A stretch of 64,000 nucleotides of DNA. It comes from Myxococcales bacterium (GTDB taxonomy: Bacteria; Myxococcota_A; Polyangia; Haliangiales; Haliangiaceae). Positions 52,548 to 61,480 of this stretch are shown in pieces. Within the stretch, counting starts at the first letter, position 1; every line of letters begins with the position of its first letter. Both the position numbers and the translations under genes were made by a program. Under the pieces are notes generated by a model. It saw nothing but the letters and a program-made list of their open reading frames with translations, made no database searches and had not been told where the DNA came from. The stretch lies in the NCBI GenBank assembly GCA_016707895.1, contig JADJGV010000002.1, positions 655,695 through 719,694 of the forward strand, written 5' to 3'.

Positions 52548-54594
52548 GATCGGCGGGCGCGCCGCGCGGCGTGTCGAGGGTGCGGTCGGGGACGTCGTCG
52601 TCGGCGGGCTCGCTGTCGGCCTTGGCCACCGCCACCGCGCTGCGGTCGAGGCTGTCGCTGGTGCGGTCGGGCCCGTCCTTGGACAGCTGGTCCTCGAGCA
52701 TCCGCGAGGCGATGTCCATGAAGTCTTCCTCGGTGACGATCCCGACCAGCCGGCCCTCGTCGACCACGGGCAGGCAGCCGACCTTGAGCCGGCGCATCAG
52801 CTGCAGCGCCTCGAGCGTGCGGGTCGCGGGCGTCACCGTCGTCGGGTCGCGCTTCATGATCTCGGCCACCGGCGTGCGCCGCGCCGAGCCGCCGTCCATG
52901 ATGAAGCGCAGCACCGCGCGGTGGGTCACCACGCCGACCAGCCGGTGGTCCTTGTCCTCGACCGGGACGTGGCGGATGCGCTCCCAGATCATCAGGTTGG
53001 CGACCATCTCGATGGCGTCGTCGGCCTGCACCGTGAACAGGTCGCTGGTCATGTAGTGCTCGATGCGCCGGTAGTTGCCGCCCTTGGCGTGGGCCTCGTC
53101 GAGCCGGGCCCGCTCCCACTCCGACACCGGGCGCCCCGAGTCCTGGCGGGCGACGGTCGCGGCCACCAGCGCGTTGGCGCGCTCGGCCGGCGTCGAGCGA
53201 TCGCGCAGCGAGTTCCACGACGACAGCTGCCAGCGGGCGCCGGTGCGCGCGGTGCGGACCCGCTCCTCGATGACGCCGAGGTAGCGCTTGACGTCGGTCG
53301 GCACGACGCCCTGGCGGCGCAGCCCGGCCTCGGCCAGCGGCAAGAGCCGCTCGAGCATCAGCTCGCGCGCCGAGATGTCCTCGCCGTCGAGCCAGGTGAA
53401 GTGCGCGCCGATGCCCTCGCGGGCCGCGGTGTAGAAGTTGGCGCCGGCCTGATCGAAGTCCATCCGGCGAGGCACGTCGTCGAGCCGGTGGCCCAGCTCG
53501 ACCATCAGCCCGCACCACAGCGCGGCGTTGGCCATCTCGTCGAGCGTGCTGGGCCCGGCCGGCATGATCCGGTTCTCGATGCGCAGGTGCGGCTTGCCGT
53601 CGATGATGCCGTAGCAGGCGCGGTTCCAGCGGTAGATCGTGCCGTTGTGCAGGCGCAGCGCCTTGAGCTGGGGCGCCTCGCCGCGATCGAGCATCGCCAT
53701 GGGATCCTCGTCGAGGTCGGTGCCGACCAGCGGCCGGAACCGGGCGATGTCCTCCTTGAAGATCTCGACCACCGACTGCCGCACCCAGCGGGTGCCGAAG
53801 CTGACCCGGGCCTCCTGCTCGCGGATCGTGCCGCCCTTGGCGCGGGTGTCGACCGCCTGCCGGAACAGCGCGATGCGGGTCTCGGCCCACAGCCGCTTGC
53901 CGAACAGGATGGGCGAGTTCGACGACACCGACATCAGCGGCCCGGCCAGCAGCTGGGCCAGGTTGTAGTAGCGCGCGAACTCCTCGGGGCTGACCTGCAG
54001 GTGGACCTGGAAGCTCGAGTTGCAGGCCTCGACCATCACCGAGTCGTGCTCGATGGTCAGCTCGTCGAGCCCCTTGATCGCGAACTCGAAGCGGCCGCCG
54101 CGCATCGCGGTCAGCACCTTGTTGAGCTGCAGGTAGCGCTTGCTCGGCACCATGCCGTCGAGGCCCAGGTGGCTCTGGCGCATCGTGGGCAGGATGCCCA
54201 TCAGCACCACCTCCATGCCCAGCTCGCGGGCCGCGGTGCGCGCCTTGCCGACCAGCAGGTCGAGCTGGGCGTGCATCTTCGACAGGCCGTCGCCGCCGAA
54301 CACCTGCGGGTCGCAGTTGGCCTCGAGCTGGAACTGGCCGAGCTCGGTGGTGTAGTGCGGGTCGGGCCGCAGCTTGTCGAGCAGCGCCAGCACGCCCCGG
54401 GCCGGCGCCCACTGCTCGTCGATCAGGAACAGCTCCTGCTCGGCGCCGATCCGCCGCACGCCGGTCTCGAACCGGCGCTCGGCGATCATCCGGTCGAGCG
54501 CGCGCAGGTCGGCGAGCACCGCGCTGGTGAACTCGCGCTGGCGCTCGGCGTCGAGGGCGCCGTCGGTGTCCTTGTGCTCCCGCGTCGTCGTCAT
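52528..54594 (-). CDS. Glutamate-cysteine ligase family 2 (GCS2/YbdK-like carboxylate-amine ligase) fused to tandem C-terminal CBS domains
   Basis: N-terminal GCS2-like core (RIGAEQELFLID ... NSSFQVHLQV ...). C-terminal CBS pair (HYMTSDLFTVQADDAIEMVANLM ... GCLPVVDEGRLVGIVTEEDFMD). Start set at MTTTREHKD with ATGA coupling to the upstream esterase. Confidence 0.7.
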   Translation of the reverse strand: MTTTREHKDTDGALDAERQREFTSAVLADLRALDRMIAERRFETGVRRIGAEQELFLIDEQWAPARGVLALLDKLRPDPHYTTELGQFQLEANCDPQVFGGDGLSKMHAQLDLLVGKARTAARELGMEVVLMGILPTMRQSHLGLDGMVPSKRYLQLNKVLTAMRGGRFEFAIKGLDELTIEHDSVMVEACNSSFQVHLQVSPEEFARYYNLAQLLAGPLMSVSSNSPILFGKRLWAETRIALFRQAVDTRAKGGTIREQEARVSFGTRWVRQSVVEIFKEDIARFRPLVGTDLDEDPMAMLDRGEAPQLKALRLHNGTIYRWNRACYGIIDGKPHLRIENRIMPAGPSTLDEMANAALWCGLMVELGHRLDDVPRRMDFDQAGANFYTAAREGIGAHFTWLDGEDISARELMLERLLPLAEAGLRRQGVVPTDVKRYLGVIEERVRTARTGARWQLSSWNSLRDRSTPAERANALVAATVARQDSGRPVSEWERARLDEAHAKGGNYRRIEHYMTSDLFTVQADDAIEMVANLMIWERIRHVPVEDKDHRLVGVVTHRAVLRFIMDGGSARRTPVAEIMKRDPTTVTPATRTLEALQLMRRLKVGCLPVVDEGRLVGIVTEEDFMDIASRMLEDQLSKDGPDRTSDSLDRSAVAVAKADSEPADDDVPDRTLDTPRGAPADPTPRTS

Positions 54595-55349
54595 CGCACC
54601 CCTTCGCGTAGCCACTGCTCGAGGATCTGCGGCAACATCTTACGCCAGGTGATCCAGTCGTGGGGCCAGTCGGGGCCCCAGGAGTCGACCCGGTTGGGCA
54701 CCCCGGCCTTGCCCAGCACCTTGGCCAGGTTCCACGACTCGCCGATGTCCTCGGCCTTGCCCTCGCCCGAGACGATGTGGACGTAGCGGGTCCGCAGCAC
54801 CTCGAGGTGGCGGCCGCCCAGGGTCGGCACGAAGTGCAGCGGCGACGACACCCAGAAGTGGTCGGTGAACTCGCGGGCGTCGTAGAACCGGCGCAGGTCG
54901 TAGGTGCCGCTCATCGCGATCGCGCGGGTGAAGACGTCGGGGAACCGGCACACCACCGCCGCGGCGTGGAACGCGCCGATCGACGCGCCCGCGGTCCAGA
55001 TCGGGAGGTCGGCGGTCTTGCAGTCGGCGCGGATCGCCGGCACCACCTCCTGGCGGACGTAGTGGTGGAACTGGTTCTGCAGCCACATCTGGTGCTGCGG
55101 CGACCGCTCGCGGGTGAGCAGCGCCTTGCCGGCCACCGAGTCGCACGAGTAGACCTTGAGCTGGCCGCTGTCGAGCAGCGGGGCCAGCACGTCCATCATC
55201 TGGAACCGCTCGACCTCCTCGGCGTCGCCGCCGGCGGTCGGGAACAGCAGCAGCGGCTGGCCGATGGTGCCCCACTTGACCATCGTGACGTCGCGCTCGA
55301 GGCGGTCGCTGCGCCAGCGGCCGACGACCTTGTCGCCGCGCTCACCCAT
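54591..55349 (-). CDS. Alpha/beta-hydrolase esterase (putative esterase family)
   Basis: GASIGAF nucleophile elbow. Esterase-D/Fes-like C-terminal domain. 252 aa. Confidence 0.6.
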   Translation of the reverse strand: MGERGDKVVGRWRSDRLERDVTMVKWGTIGQPLLLFPTAGGDAEEVERFQMMDVLAPLLDSGQLKVYSCDSVAGKALLTRERSPQHQMWLQNQFHHYVRQEVVPAIRADCKTADLPIWTAGASIGAFHAAAVVCRFPDVFTRAIAMSGTYDLRRFYDAREFTDHFWVSSPLHFVPTLGGRHLEVLRTRYVHIVSGEGKAEDIGESWNLAKVLGKAGVPNRVDSWGPDWPHDWITWRKMLPQILEQWLREGVR

Positions 55350-56610
55350 GGCTGGCACCACCCGCGGGGCCCCCGGTGCCGGGCTCGGCGCGCCACGCCT
55401 GGATGCGCTTCCAGAACAGCTCGGTGAACGGCTCGACCTCGTGCTTGGGGAACAGCGCCGCGACCTTGGCCCGCACCGCGCCCTTGGCGGTCTCGGTGCC
55501 GAAGAACTCCCACGCCACCTCGTCGAGGTTGGCCAGGTGGGTGGCGCAGAACTCCTCGAAGCGGTCGGCCTCGAAGCGCTGCTTGGCGATCGCCGCGTAG
55601 GCCCGCAGCTTGTCGCGGTACGGCCGGTCGCGATCGGCGGCGATCGCGTAGAACGGCTCCCAGTCCAGCGTCTTGCGCATCGGCCGCTTGGTCACCGCGC
55701 AGAAGATCGACCACCGCAGGTTGGCCTTCACCAGCCACGGGAAGTGGCGGTGGAGCGACGTCACCTGCGAGTCGGGGCACGGGTTGGCGAAGTCGATCGG
55801 GAACCAGTCGCCGCCCTTGCGCAGCGCCTCGCACGAGTTGAAGTCCCAGCCGAAGAACGCGTTGATCGTCAGCGTCGTGTCGCGCAGGATCTCGGCCTCG
55901 TCGGCCGACACGAAGTCGGTGGCCTGGGTGTAGCGATCGTGGAGCGCGGCGTCGGGGTCGTACTTGACCAGGTGGGTCTGCGGGCCCAGCCCGATGCAGC
56001 GCACGAAGCTGTCGAACGGGTGCACCGCGGCCTGCAGGTGCATGACGCTCTTGCCGCTCTCCTCGTAGCGGGCCTTGAGCTGGGCCTCGTCGGCGCAGCG
56101 GCTGACCGCGCGCCAGCCGCCGCCGTCGTACGGCTTCATGAACAGCGGGTAGCCGAGCTGCTGGCCGATCGCGCGCAGGTCGAACAGCTTGGCGTAGCGC
56201 TTGAGCGTCGGCGCCAGGTCGGGCAGCGGCTCGTAGTCCTTGGGCGGCACCATCCAGGTGGCGGGGATGGGCATGCCCAGCGCCATCATCGCGCAGTACG
56301 AGGTGTGCTTCTCGTTGGCCTGCACCGACCACGGGTTGTTGAGGACGTAGAGGCCGTCCATCAGGATGGCCTTTTTGATCCACTCGCGGCTGGTGTGGTA
56401 CCAGTGGGTCAGCCGGTCGAGGACGACGTCGTACTTGCACGGCTGGCGCAGGTCGAACGGCTCGATCGTGACGCGCTCGGTGGCGATCTTGACGGTGTCG
56501 CCCTGCCACGGGATGGCGAGGTCGAGCTTGCCGAGGATCTGCTCGTAGCAGATCGGCCAGCAGATGTCGGCGCCCAGCGAGAGACCAATGGTGCGGGTGA
56601 CGGGGGCCAT
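55342..56610 (-). CDS. Glutathionylspermidine-synthase-like (GSP-synth, YgiC/YjfC family) ATP-grasp amidoligase
   Basis: LNNPWSVQANEKHTSY and LFMKPYDGGGWRAVSR parallel the YgiC motifs LEPAWKSIISNKALL and VVKPIFSREGANVSI. Start set at the second Met, with AGGA 8 nt upstream. Confidence 0.55.
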   Translation of the reverse strand: MAPVTRTIGLSLGADICWPICYEQILGKLDLAIPWQGDTVKIATERVTIEPFDLRQPCKYDVVLDRLTHWYHTSREWIKKAILMDGLYVLNNPWSVQANEKHTSYCAMMALGMPIPATWMVPPKDYEPLPDLAPTLKRYAKLFDLRAIGQQLGYPLFMKPYDGGGWRAVSRCADEAQLKARYEESGKSVMHLQAAVHPFDSFVRCIGLGPQTHLVKYDPDAALHDRYTQATDFVSADEAEILRDTTLTINAFFGWDFNSCEALRKGGDWFPIDFANPCPDSQVTSLHRHFPWLVKANLRWSIFCAVTKRPMRKTLDWEPFYAIAADRDRPYRDKLRAYAAIAKQRFEADRFEEFCATHLANLDEVAWEFFGTETAKGAVRAKVAALFPKHEVEPFTELFWKRIQAWRAEPGTGGPAGGASHG

Positions 56611-56620
56611 CGCTTCCATC

Positions 56621-57757
56621 CTATTCGTAGACGAGCAAGAACGGGCCCGGCAGCAGCCACGACAGCGCGTCGCGCAGGCGATCGCGCCAGTTCTCCCAGT
56701 TGTGACCGTCCCGGGCTTCCACGTAGCGGACATCCATGCCTGTGCCGAGCAGCATCGGCACCAGCGAGCGGTTCTCGTAGATCAGCGACTCGTACATGCC
56801 GCAGCTGACGAACACCCGCTCCGAGACCGCGGTCGGCTCGGCGCGGAACCGGTTCATGAACGCGACCACCGGGTCGAACAGCGGGCCGCGGTGGTTGCGG
56901 TCGCCGATGTCGGTGAAGGCGAAGCTGCCCGACTGCAGCAGCAGCCGGCCGTAGAAGCCGGGGTAGCGGCACGCGGTCGACAGCGCGGCGACCGCGCCGA
57001 AGCTGGCGCCCATCAGGCACCGGCTCTGCGGCACCGCCTCGAGCGGGAAGGTGCGCTCGACGAACGGCACCAGGTCCTCGGTCACGTAGCGGGCGTGGCG
57101 CTCGTCGTCGGCGTACTCGCGCAGCCGGTCGGGCGAGCTGGTGAACACGACGATCGCGTCGGCGACCTCGAGCCGATCGATCAGGTTGTCGAGCACGGTG
57201 CCCATCGACGCGTAGCGCAGGTAGTCGTGGCCGTCGTGCACGACCAGGAGCGGGTAGCGCCGGCTGCGCTTGAACCGCGCCGGCACGTACAGCCCGAAGC
57301 TGCGCCGGCCGAAGGTCTTGGAGTCGAGGAAGATCTCGTCGAGGCGGCCCGGCGGCGCGGCGCGGTCGTGGTGGATCCAGCCCGGCACCTCGTAGCCGGT
57401 GCCGTGGGCCACCGAGTTGGCGCCGAACGGATCGCGGGCCAGCGCCCCGTTGAGCGGGTCCTGGATCCACTCGCCCTTGCCGTGGCGGACGACCTCGAGC
57501 TTGTACTCGACGCGCGAGCCCGGCGGCAGCTGCATCGTCAGGTGCCAGACGTCGGTGCCGTCGACCCGGGCCAGCGACTGCGACGACGGCAGGCCGAACA
57601 CCCAGTGCTTGAGGTGCACCGCCTCGGCGTCGCCGCGCCAGACGAACGTGATCGACGGGCCGACCACCACCGGGAACTTGTGGCGGCCCATCCACGCGTC
57701 GACCGCCTCGCGGGTGCGCGGGGTGGCCTCGAGCTCGGCGATCGCGGCCGCGCTCAT
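56621..57757 (-). CDS. Esterase with N-terminal Ig-like domain (enterochelin-esterase/putative-esterase family)
   Basis: Start MSAAAIAELE. VVHDGHDY and GASFGAVAAL nucleophile elbow. C-terminal HNWENW. ATGA overlap with the upstream gene. Confidence 0.6.
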   Translation of the reverse strand: MSAAAIAELEATPRTREAVDAWMGRHKFPVVVGPSITFVWRGDAEAVHLKHWVFGLPSSQSLARVDGTDVWHLTMQLPPGSRVEYKLEVVRHGKGEWIQDPLNGALARDPFGANSVAHGTGYEVPGWIHHDRAAPPGRLDEIFLDSKTFGRRSFGLYVPARFKRSRRYPLLVVHDGHDYLRYASMGTVLDNLIDRLEVADAIVVFTSSPDRLREYADDERHARYVTEDLVPFVERTFPLEAVPQSRCLMGASFGAVAALSTACRYPGFYGRLLLQSGSFAFTDIGDRNHRGPLFDPVVAFMNRFRAEPTAVSERVFVSCGMYESLIYENRSLVPMLLGTGMDVRYVEARDGHNWENWRDRLRDALSWLLPGPFLLVYE

Positions 57758-58740
57758 GGCGTCACCTCGTCGAGGCTGTCGGCGAGCGCGCGGACCGCCG
57801 GATCGTCGGGGCGCCCGCTCCACGCGGCGTCGATGCCGCCGTCGGGCCGCAGGTGGCGGCCGCGGCCGGCGACCAGCGCGCCGTCGACGAAGTCGAGCCG
57901 GGCGCCGAGGTCCATGCCGACGCACACCGCCGGCGCCATCCGCCGCGCGAACCGCGCGATCGCCGGGCCGGTGTCGGGGTTGAGCCGCCGGCTGGGATCG
58001 GGCATCACGACCACGCCGGGCGCGACGCCGAAGCCGCTGTCGAGCACCTGCGCGACGTCGGAGCCGTACGGCGGGTAGTCGTGATAGAGGACGATGCGGT
58101 CGGTGAGCACCATCGCGCCGGCGCCCCAGGCGATGATCGGCTTGCCGGCGGCCAGGCCCAGCAGGTCGAACAGCTCGAGCCGGTTGTGCAAGGACGCGAC
58201 GTGGCCGCCGGCGATGACCACCGCCTCGACCGGGGCCAGCAGCGCCGCCAGCTCGGCCCGGTGGCGCGCCACCGTCGGCCGATCGGTCGGGTGCCACAGC
58301 GCGGCGAACGCGGTGCGCACCTGCTCGCAGCGGATGACGTGGTTGGCGTCGAGCTGCCGGAACTGCTCGACCGACACCGCGTCCTCGCCCTCGAGCAGCT
58401 CGGGCTCGAAGTAGCGCAGCGCGATCGTCCGGGCCGCGTCCTCGGTCTTCTCGAGCCGCACCCGGTAGCAGCTCTGCATGTGGCGGAGCAGCGCCTGGCG
58501 ATCGCGGTAGGCGGTAGTGAACGAGGGATCGTCGGCGAACACCGCGCTGGCCCGCGCGTGCAGCGCCAGGTTGATCGCTGGCACGCCCAGCGCCGCGACC
58601 AGCGGACCGTCGTCGGCCTCGCGCTCCTGGTAGCCGGCGCGCACGATCGCGATCGGGCCGCGCAGGCCGCGCTCGCGCACCACCGCGCCGACGTCGGGCG
58701 TGGCGTGCTGCGAGCCGAGCACGATCACCTCGGCGGCCAT
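57754..58740 (-). CDS. Class-I glutamine-amidotransferase-like / peptidase E (S51, cyanophycinase)-like protein
   Basis: VVIAGGHVASLHNRLELFDLLG ... PIIAWGAGAMVL resembles the GG ... G(T/x)SAGA pattern of S51 peptidases, but the nucleophile Ser position appears to be Gly. ATGA coupled to the upstream ATP-grasp gene. Confidence 0.4.
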   Translation of the reverse strand: MAAEVIVLGSQHATPDVGAVVRERGLRGPIAIVRAGYQEREADDGPLVAALGVPAINLALHARASAVFADDPSFTTAYRDRQALLRHMQSCYRVRLEKTEDAARTIALRYFEPELLEGEDAVSVEQFRQLDANHVIRCEQVRTAFAALWHPTDRPTVARHRAELAALLAPVEAVVIAGGHVASLHNRLELFDLLGLAAGKPIIAWGAGAMVLTDRIVLYHDYPPYGSDVAQVLDSGFGVAPGVVVMPDPSRRLNPDTGPAIARFARRMAPAVCVGMDLGARLDFVDGALVAGRGRHLRPDGGIDAAWSGRPDDPAVRALADSLDEVTP

Positions 58741-59969
58741 CAGCGCGCGTGGACCTTCAGCGTGCGGCCGACCGCGTCGAGGATCTGCCGGCAGCGGTCG
58801 TAGTCCTCGTGCTTCATCCGCACCCAGGCGTTGGCCATGTAGCCGGCCTCGACGCCCTGGGTCGGCGTGCCCGGCGGCGGCAGGTGCCAGTCGATCAGGT
58901 TGGCGCCGAACGCCTCGCGGATCGCGTCGACGCCGTCGTAGTGGCTGATCCGGCCGTCGCGGTCGGGGCGCAGCGCGATGATGCCGGCGGCCATCCGCCG
59001 CGACGGGCGCTGGCTGGGCCGGCCGGCGGCGATCAGCATCGCCCACTCGCGGTACAGGTCCATGTCGTTGCCGACGTTGTAGAGGTCCCACGCGCGCACG
59101 CCCGGCGGGCGGCAGCCGATCTCGGAGAACTTCAGGCCCTTGGGCCCGAAGAACCACTCCATGTGGGTGGCCGAGGTCTCGATGCCGAGCAGCTCGATCA
59201 CCTTGGCCGCCATGGCCTTGATCTCGCGGTAGCCGTCGGCCTGGTCGATGCGGTTGGTGGTGATGAACTGCGGCGAGATCCACCGCGTGCGCATCGCCTC
59301 CAGCACGTTGGGGTAGTAGTGGGTCGCGAACTCGTGGACCACGCGGCCGCGGAGGGTCAGCGTGTCGAAGAAGCCCTCGTGGCCCTCGATGAACTCCTCG
59401 ACCGCGATCGACCGACCGTGCTGCAGGTGCAGCGCGGCGGCCGCGGCCTCGAGCTCGCGGTCGTTGTCGACCCGGGCCGCGCCCGAGGCGCCGGCGCCGT
59501 CGCGCGGCTTGACCAGGATCGGGTAGCCGACCTGCTCGGCGAAGGCCCGGACCTCGGCCAGCGAGCCGGCGGCGGTCGACTGCGCGCATGGCACGCCACC
59601 GGCGCGCAGCACCTCCTTCATCGCCGGCTTGTCGCGGCACAGGAACGCGGTGCGCGCGCTGGTGCCGGGGATGCCGGCCGCCTCGCGGACGTGGGCGGTG
59701 GGCAGGATGTGAGCCTCGACCGAGGCCTCGAGCCGATCGACGTGGGCGTGGCGCTGGATGAACCGCACCTTGGCCAGCACCTGCTGCTCGTCGCAGACGT
59801 TGGTGACCTCCTCGTAGTGGGTCAGCCAGCGCTTGAGGTCGTCGTCGAGCGACGCCTTGCTGCCCTCGCCGATCGCGCTGATCGTCGCGCCGACCTCGGC
59901 CAGCGCGCGGATGAACTGCTTCTGGTTGGCGGGGAACCGCGGCTCGATGAAGACGACGTGCATGGCCAT
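58740..59969 (-). CDS. ATP-grasp domain amidoligase (paralog C)
   Basis: 409 aa. GYPILVKPRDGAGASG ... EEFIEGHEGFFDT ... THMEWFFGPKGLKFSEIGCRPPG. Paralog of the 50054 and 51330 genes. Confidence 0.7.
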   Translation of the reverse strand: MAMHVVFIEPRFPANQKQFIRALAEVGATISAIGEGSKASLDDDLKRWLTHYEEVTNVCDEQQVLAKVRFIQRHAHVDRLEASVEAHILPTAHVREAAGIPGTSARTAFLCRDKPAMKEVLRAGGVPCAQSTAAGSLAEVRAFAEQVGYPILVKPRDGAGASGAARVDNDRELEAAAAALHLQHGRSIAVEEFIEGHEGFFDTLTLRGRVVHEFATHYYPNVLEAMRTRWISPQFITTNRIDQADGYREIKAMAAKVIELLGIETSATHMEWFFGPKGLKFSEIGCRPPGVRAWDLYNVGNDMDLYREWAMLIAAGRPSQRPSRRMAAGIIALRPDRDGRISHYDGVDAIREAFGANLIDWHLPPPGTPTQGVEAGYMANAWVRMKHEDYDRCRQILDAVGRTLKVHAR

Positions 59970-59985
59970 TCTCTCCCTCGGGATC

Positions 59986-61425
59986 TCAGCGGTCGGTGCC
60001 GATCAGCTTCTCGTAGACGTACTCGTAGCGGCGGGCCTGGCGGTCCCACGAGAAGTCGGCGGCCATGCCGTTGTCGATCAGCCGCGACCACGCCGGCGCG
60101 TCGCGGTAGGTCGCGAGCGCGGCCTGCATCGCCCAGCGCACGCCGGCGGCGTCGTGGTGCTCGAAGACGAAGCCGGTGCCGGTGCGGGTGCGCGGGTGCC
60201 ACGGCCGCACGGTGTCGGCGAGGCCGCCGGTCTTGTGGACGATCGGCACGGTGCCGTAGCGCAGGCTGTACAGCTGGTTGAGGCCGCACGGCTCGTAGCG
60301 CGACGGCATCAGGAACATGTCGGCGCCGGCCTCGATCTGGTGCGCCAGCTTGTTGCTGAAGCCCTGGTAGAAGCAGACCTGGCGCGGGAACGCGCGCTGC
60401 AGGCGGGTGAACATGTCCTCGAGGCCCGGCTCGCCGCTGCCGAGGACCGTGAGCTGGAAGCCGTTGCGCTGGAGCAGGCCCGGCAGCACCTCGCCGAGCA
60501 GGTCGAAGCCCTTCTGGCTCGCCATCCGCGACACGATGCCGACCACCGGCGCGCTGGGCACGTAGGGGAGCCCGAGGCTCTCGACCAGCGCCTGCTTGCA
60601 CACCGCCTTGTTGCTGCGATCGGCGGCGGAGTAGCGCGCGGGCAGGTAGCGATCGTTCTCGGGCGACCACTCGTCGTAGTCGACGCCGTTCAAGATGCCG
60701 ACGACGGTGGTCTTGCGCGCGCGCAGGAAGCCGTCGAGGCCGGCGCCGTGGGCCGGCGTCTGGATCTCCTGCGCGTAGGTCGGGCTGACCGTCGACACGC
60801 CGTCGGCGTAGAGGATGCCCTGCAGGAGGAAGTTGACCCGGCCGGCCTTGAGCAGCTCCTGGTGGAACAGGTGCGCGAACTGGGTGAGGTTGGTGTCGGG
60901 GCCGATCGAGTCGGGGAACCCGCCCTGGTAGTTGAGGTTGTGGATCGTCAGCAGCGACCGCGCGCCGGCGAGGTGGCGGTTCCGCGCGTAGATGGTCTTG
61001 AGGAGCAGCGGGATCAGCGCGGCCTGCCAGTCGTGGCAGTGGACGACGTCGGGCGCGAAGTCGAGCCGGCCGCACAGCTCGAGCGCGGCGTACGACAGGA
61101 GCAAGAACCGGCGGTGCTCGTCGGCGTCGCTGGTGTAGAGGCGGCCGCGGGCGTAGAGCGGCGGGCAGTGCAGGAAGTAGATCGTGGGCGCGGTGCCCAG
61201 CGCCAGCACCCGCACCTGATAACGGTGGGGGCCGAGCGGGATGGTCAGCTCGGCGACCTGGGTCAGCGTCACGCCGTCGAGCTTCGCCGTGTCGTACAGC
61301 GGCACGACGATGCGGACGTCGTGGCCGGCCCGGGCCAGGGTTTTGGGCAGCGCGGCCACGACGTCGGCCAGGCCACCGGTCTTGGCGTAGGGCGCCAGCT
61401 CAGAAGCAACGAACAGCAGCTTCAC
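59986..61425 (-). CDS. glgA: Glycogen synthase (ADP-glucose type)
   Basis: MKLLFVASELAPYAKTGGLADVV N-terminal signature. GT-B C-terminal domain. 479 aa. Confidence 0.85.
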   Translation of the reverse strand: MKLLFVASELAPYAKTGGLADVVAALPKTLARAGHDVRIVVPLYDTAKLDGVTLTQVAELTIPLGPHRYQVRVLALGTAPTIYFLHCPPLYARGRLYTSDADEHRRFLLLSYAALELCGRLDFAPDVVHCHDWQAALIPLLLKTIYARNRHLAGARSLLTIHNLNYQGGFPDSIGPDTNLTQFAHLFHQELLKAGRVNFLLQGILYADGVSTVSPTYAQEIQTPAHGAGLDGFLRARKTTVVGILNGVDYDEWSPENDRYLPARYSAADRSNKAVCKQALVESLGLPYVPSAPVVGIVSRMASQKGFDLLGEVLPGLLQRNGFQLTVLGSGEPGLEDMFTRLQRAFPRQVCFYQGFSNKLAHQIEAGADMFLMPSRYEPCGLNQLYSLRYGTVPIVHKTGGLADTVRPWHPRTRTGTGFVFEHHDAAGVRWAMQAALATYRDAPAWSRLIDNGMAADFSWDRQARRYEYVYEKLIGTDR

Positions 61426-61480
61426 GAGCCCCCGACGATACCAGAGCGCGCGGGCCGGCGCGCCGGCGTGGGGCCGGTTG

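Noticed and set aside
59986-61425. glgA as a functional member of the amidoligase cluster
   Set aside because: Glycogen synthase has a well-defined unrelated role. Its position between the FGase and ATP-grasp genes is more likely coincidental, so it is not used as evidence for the cluster's function.
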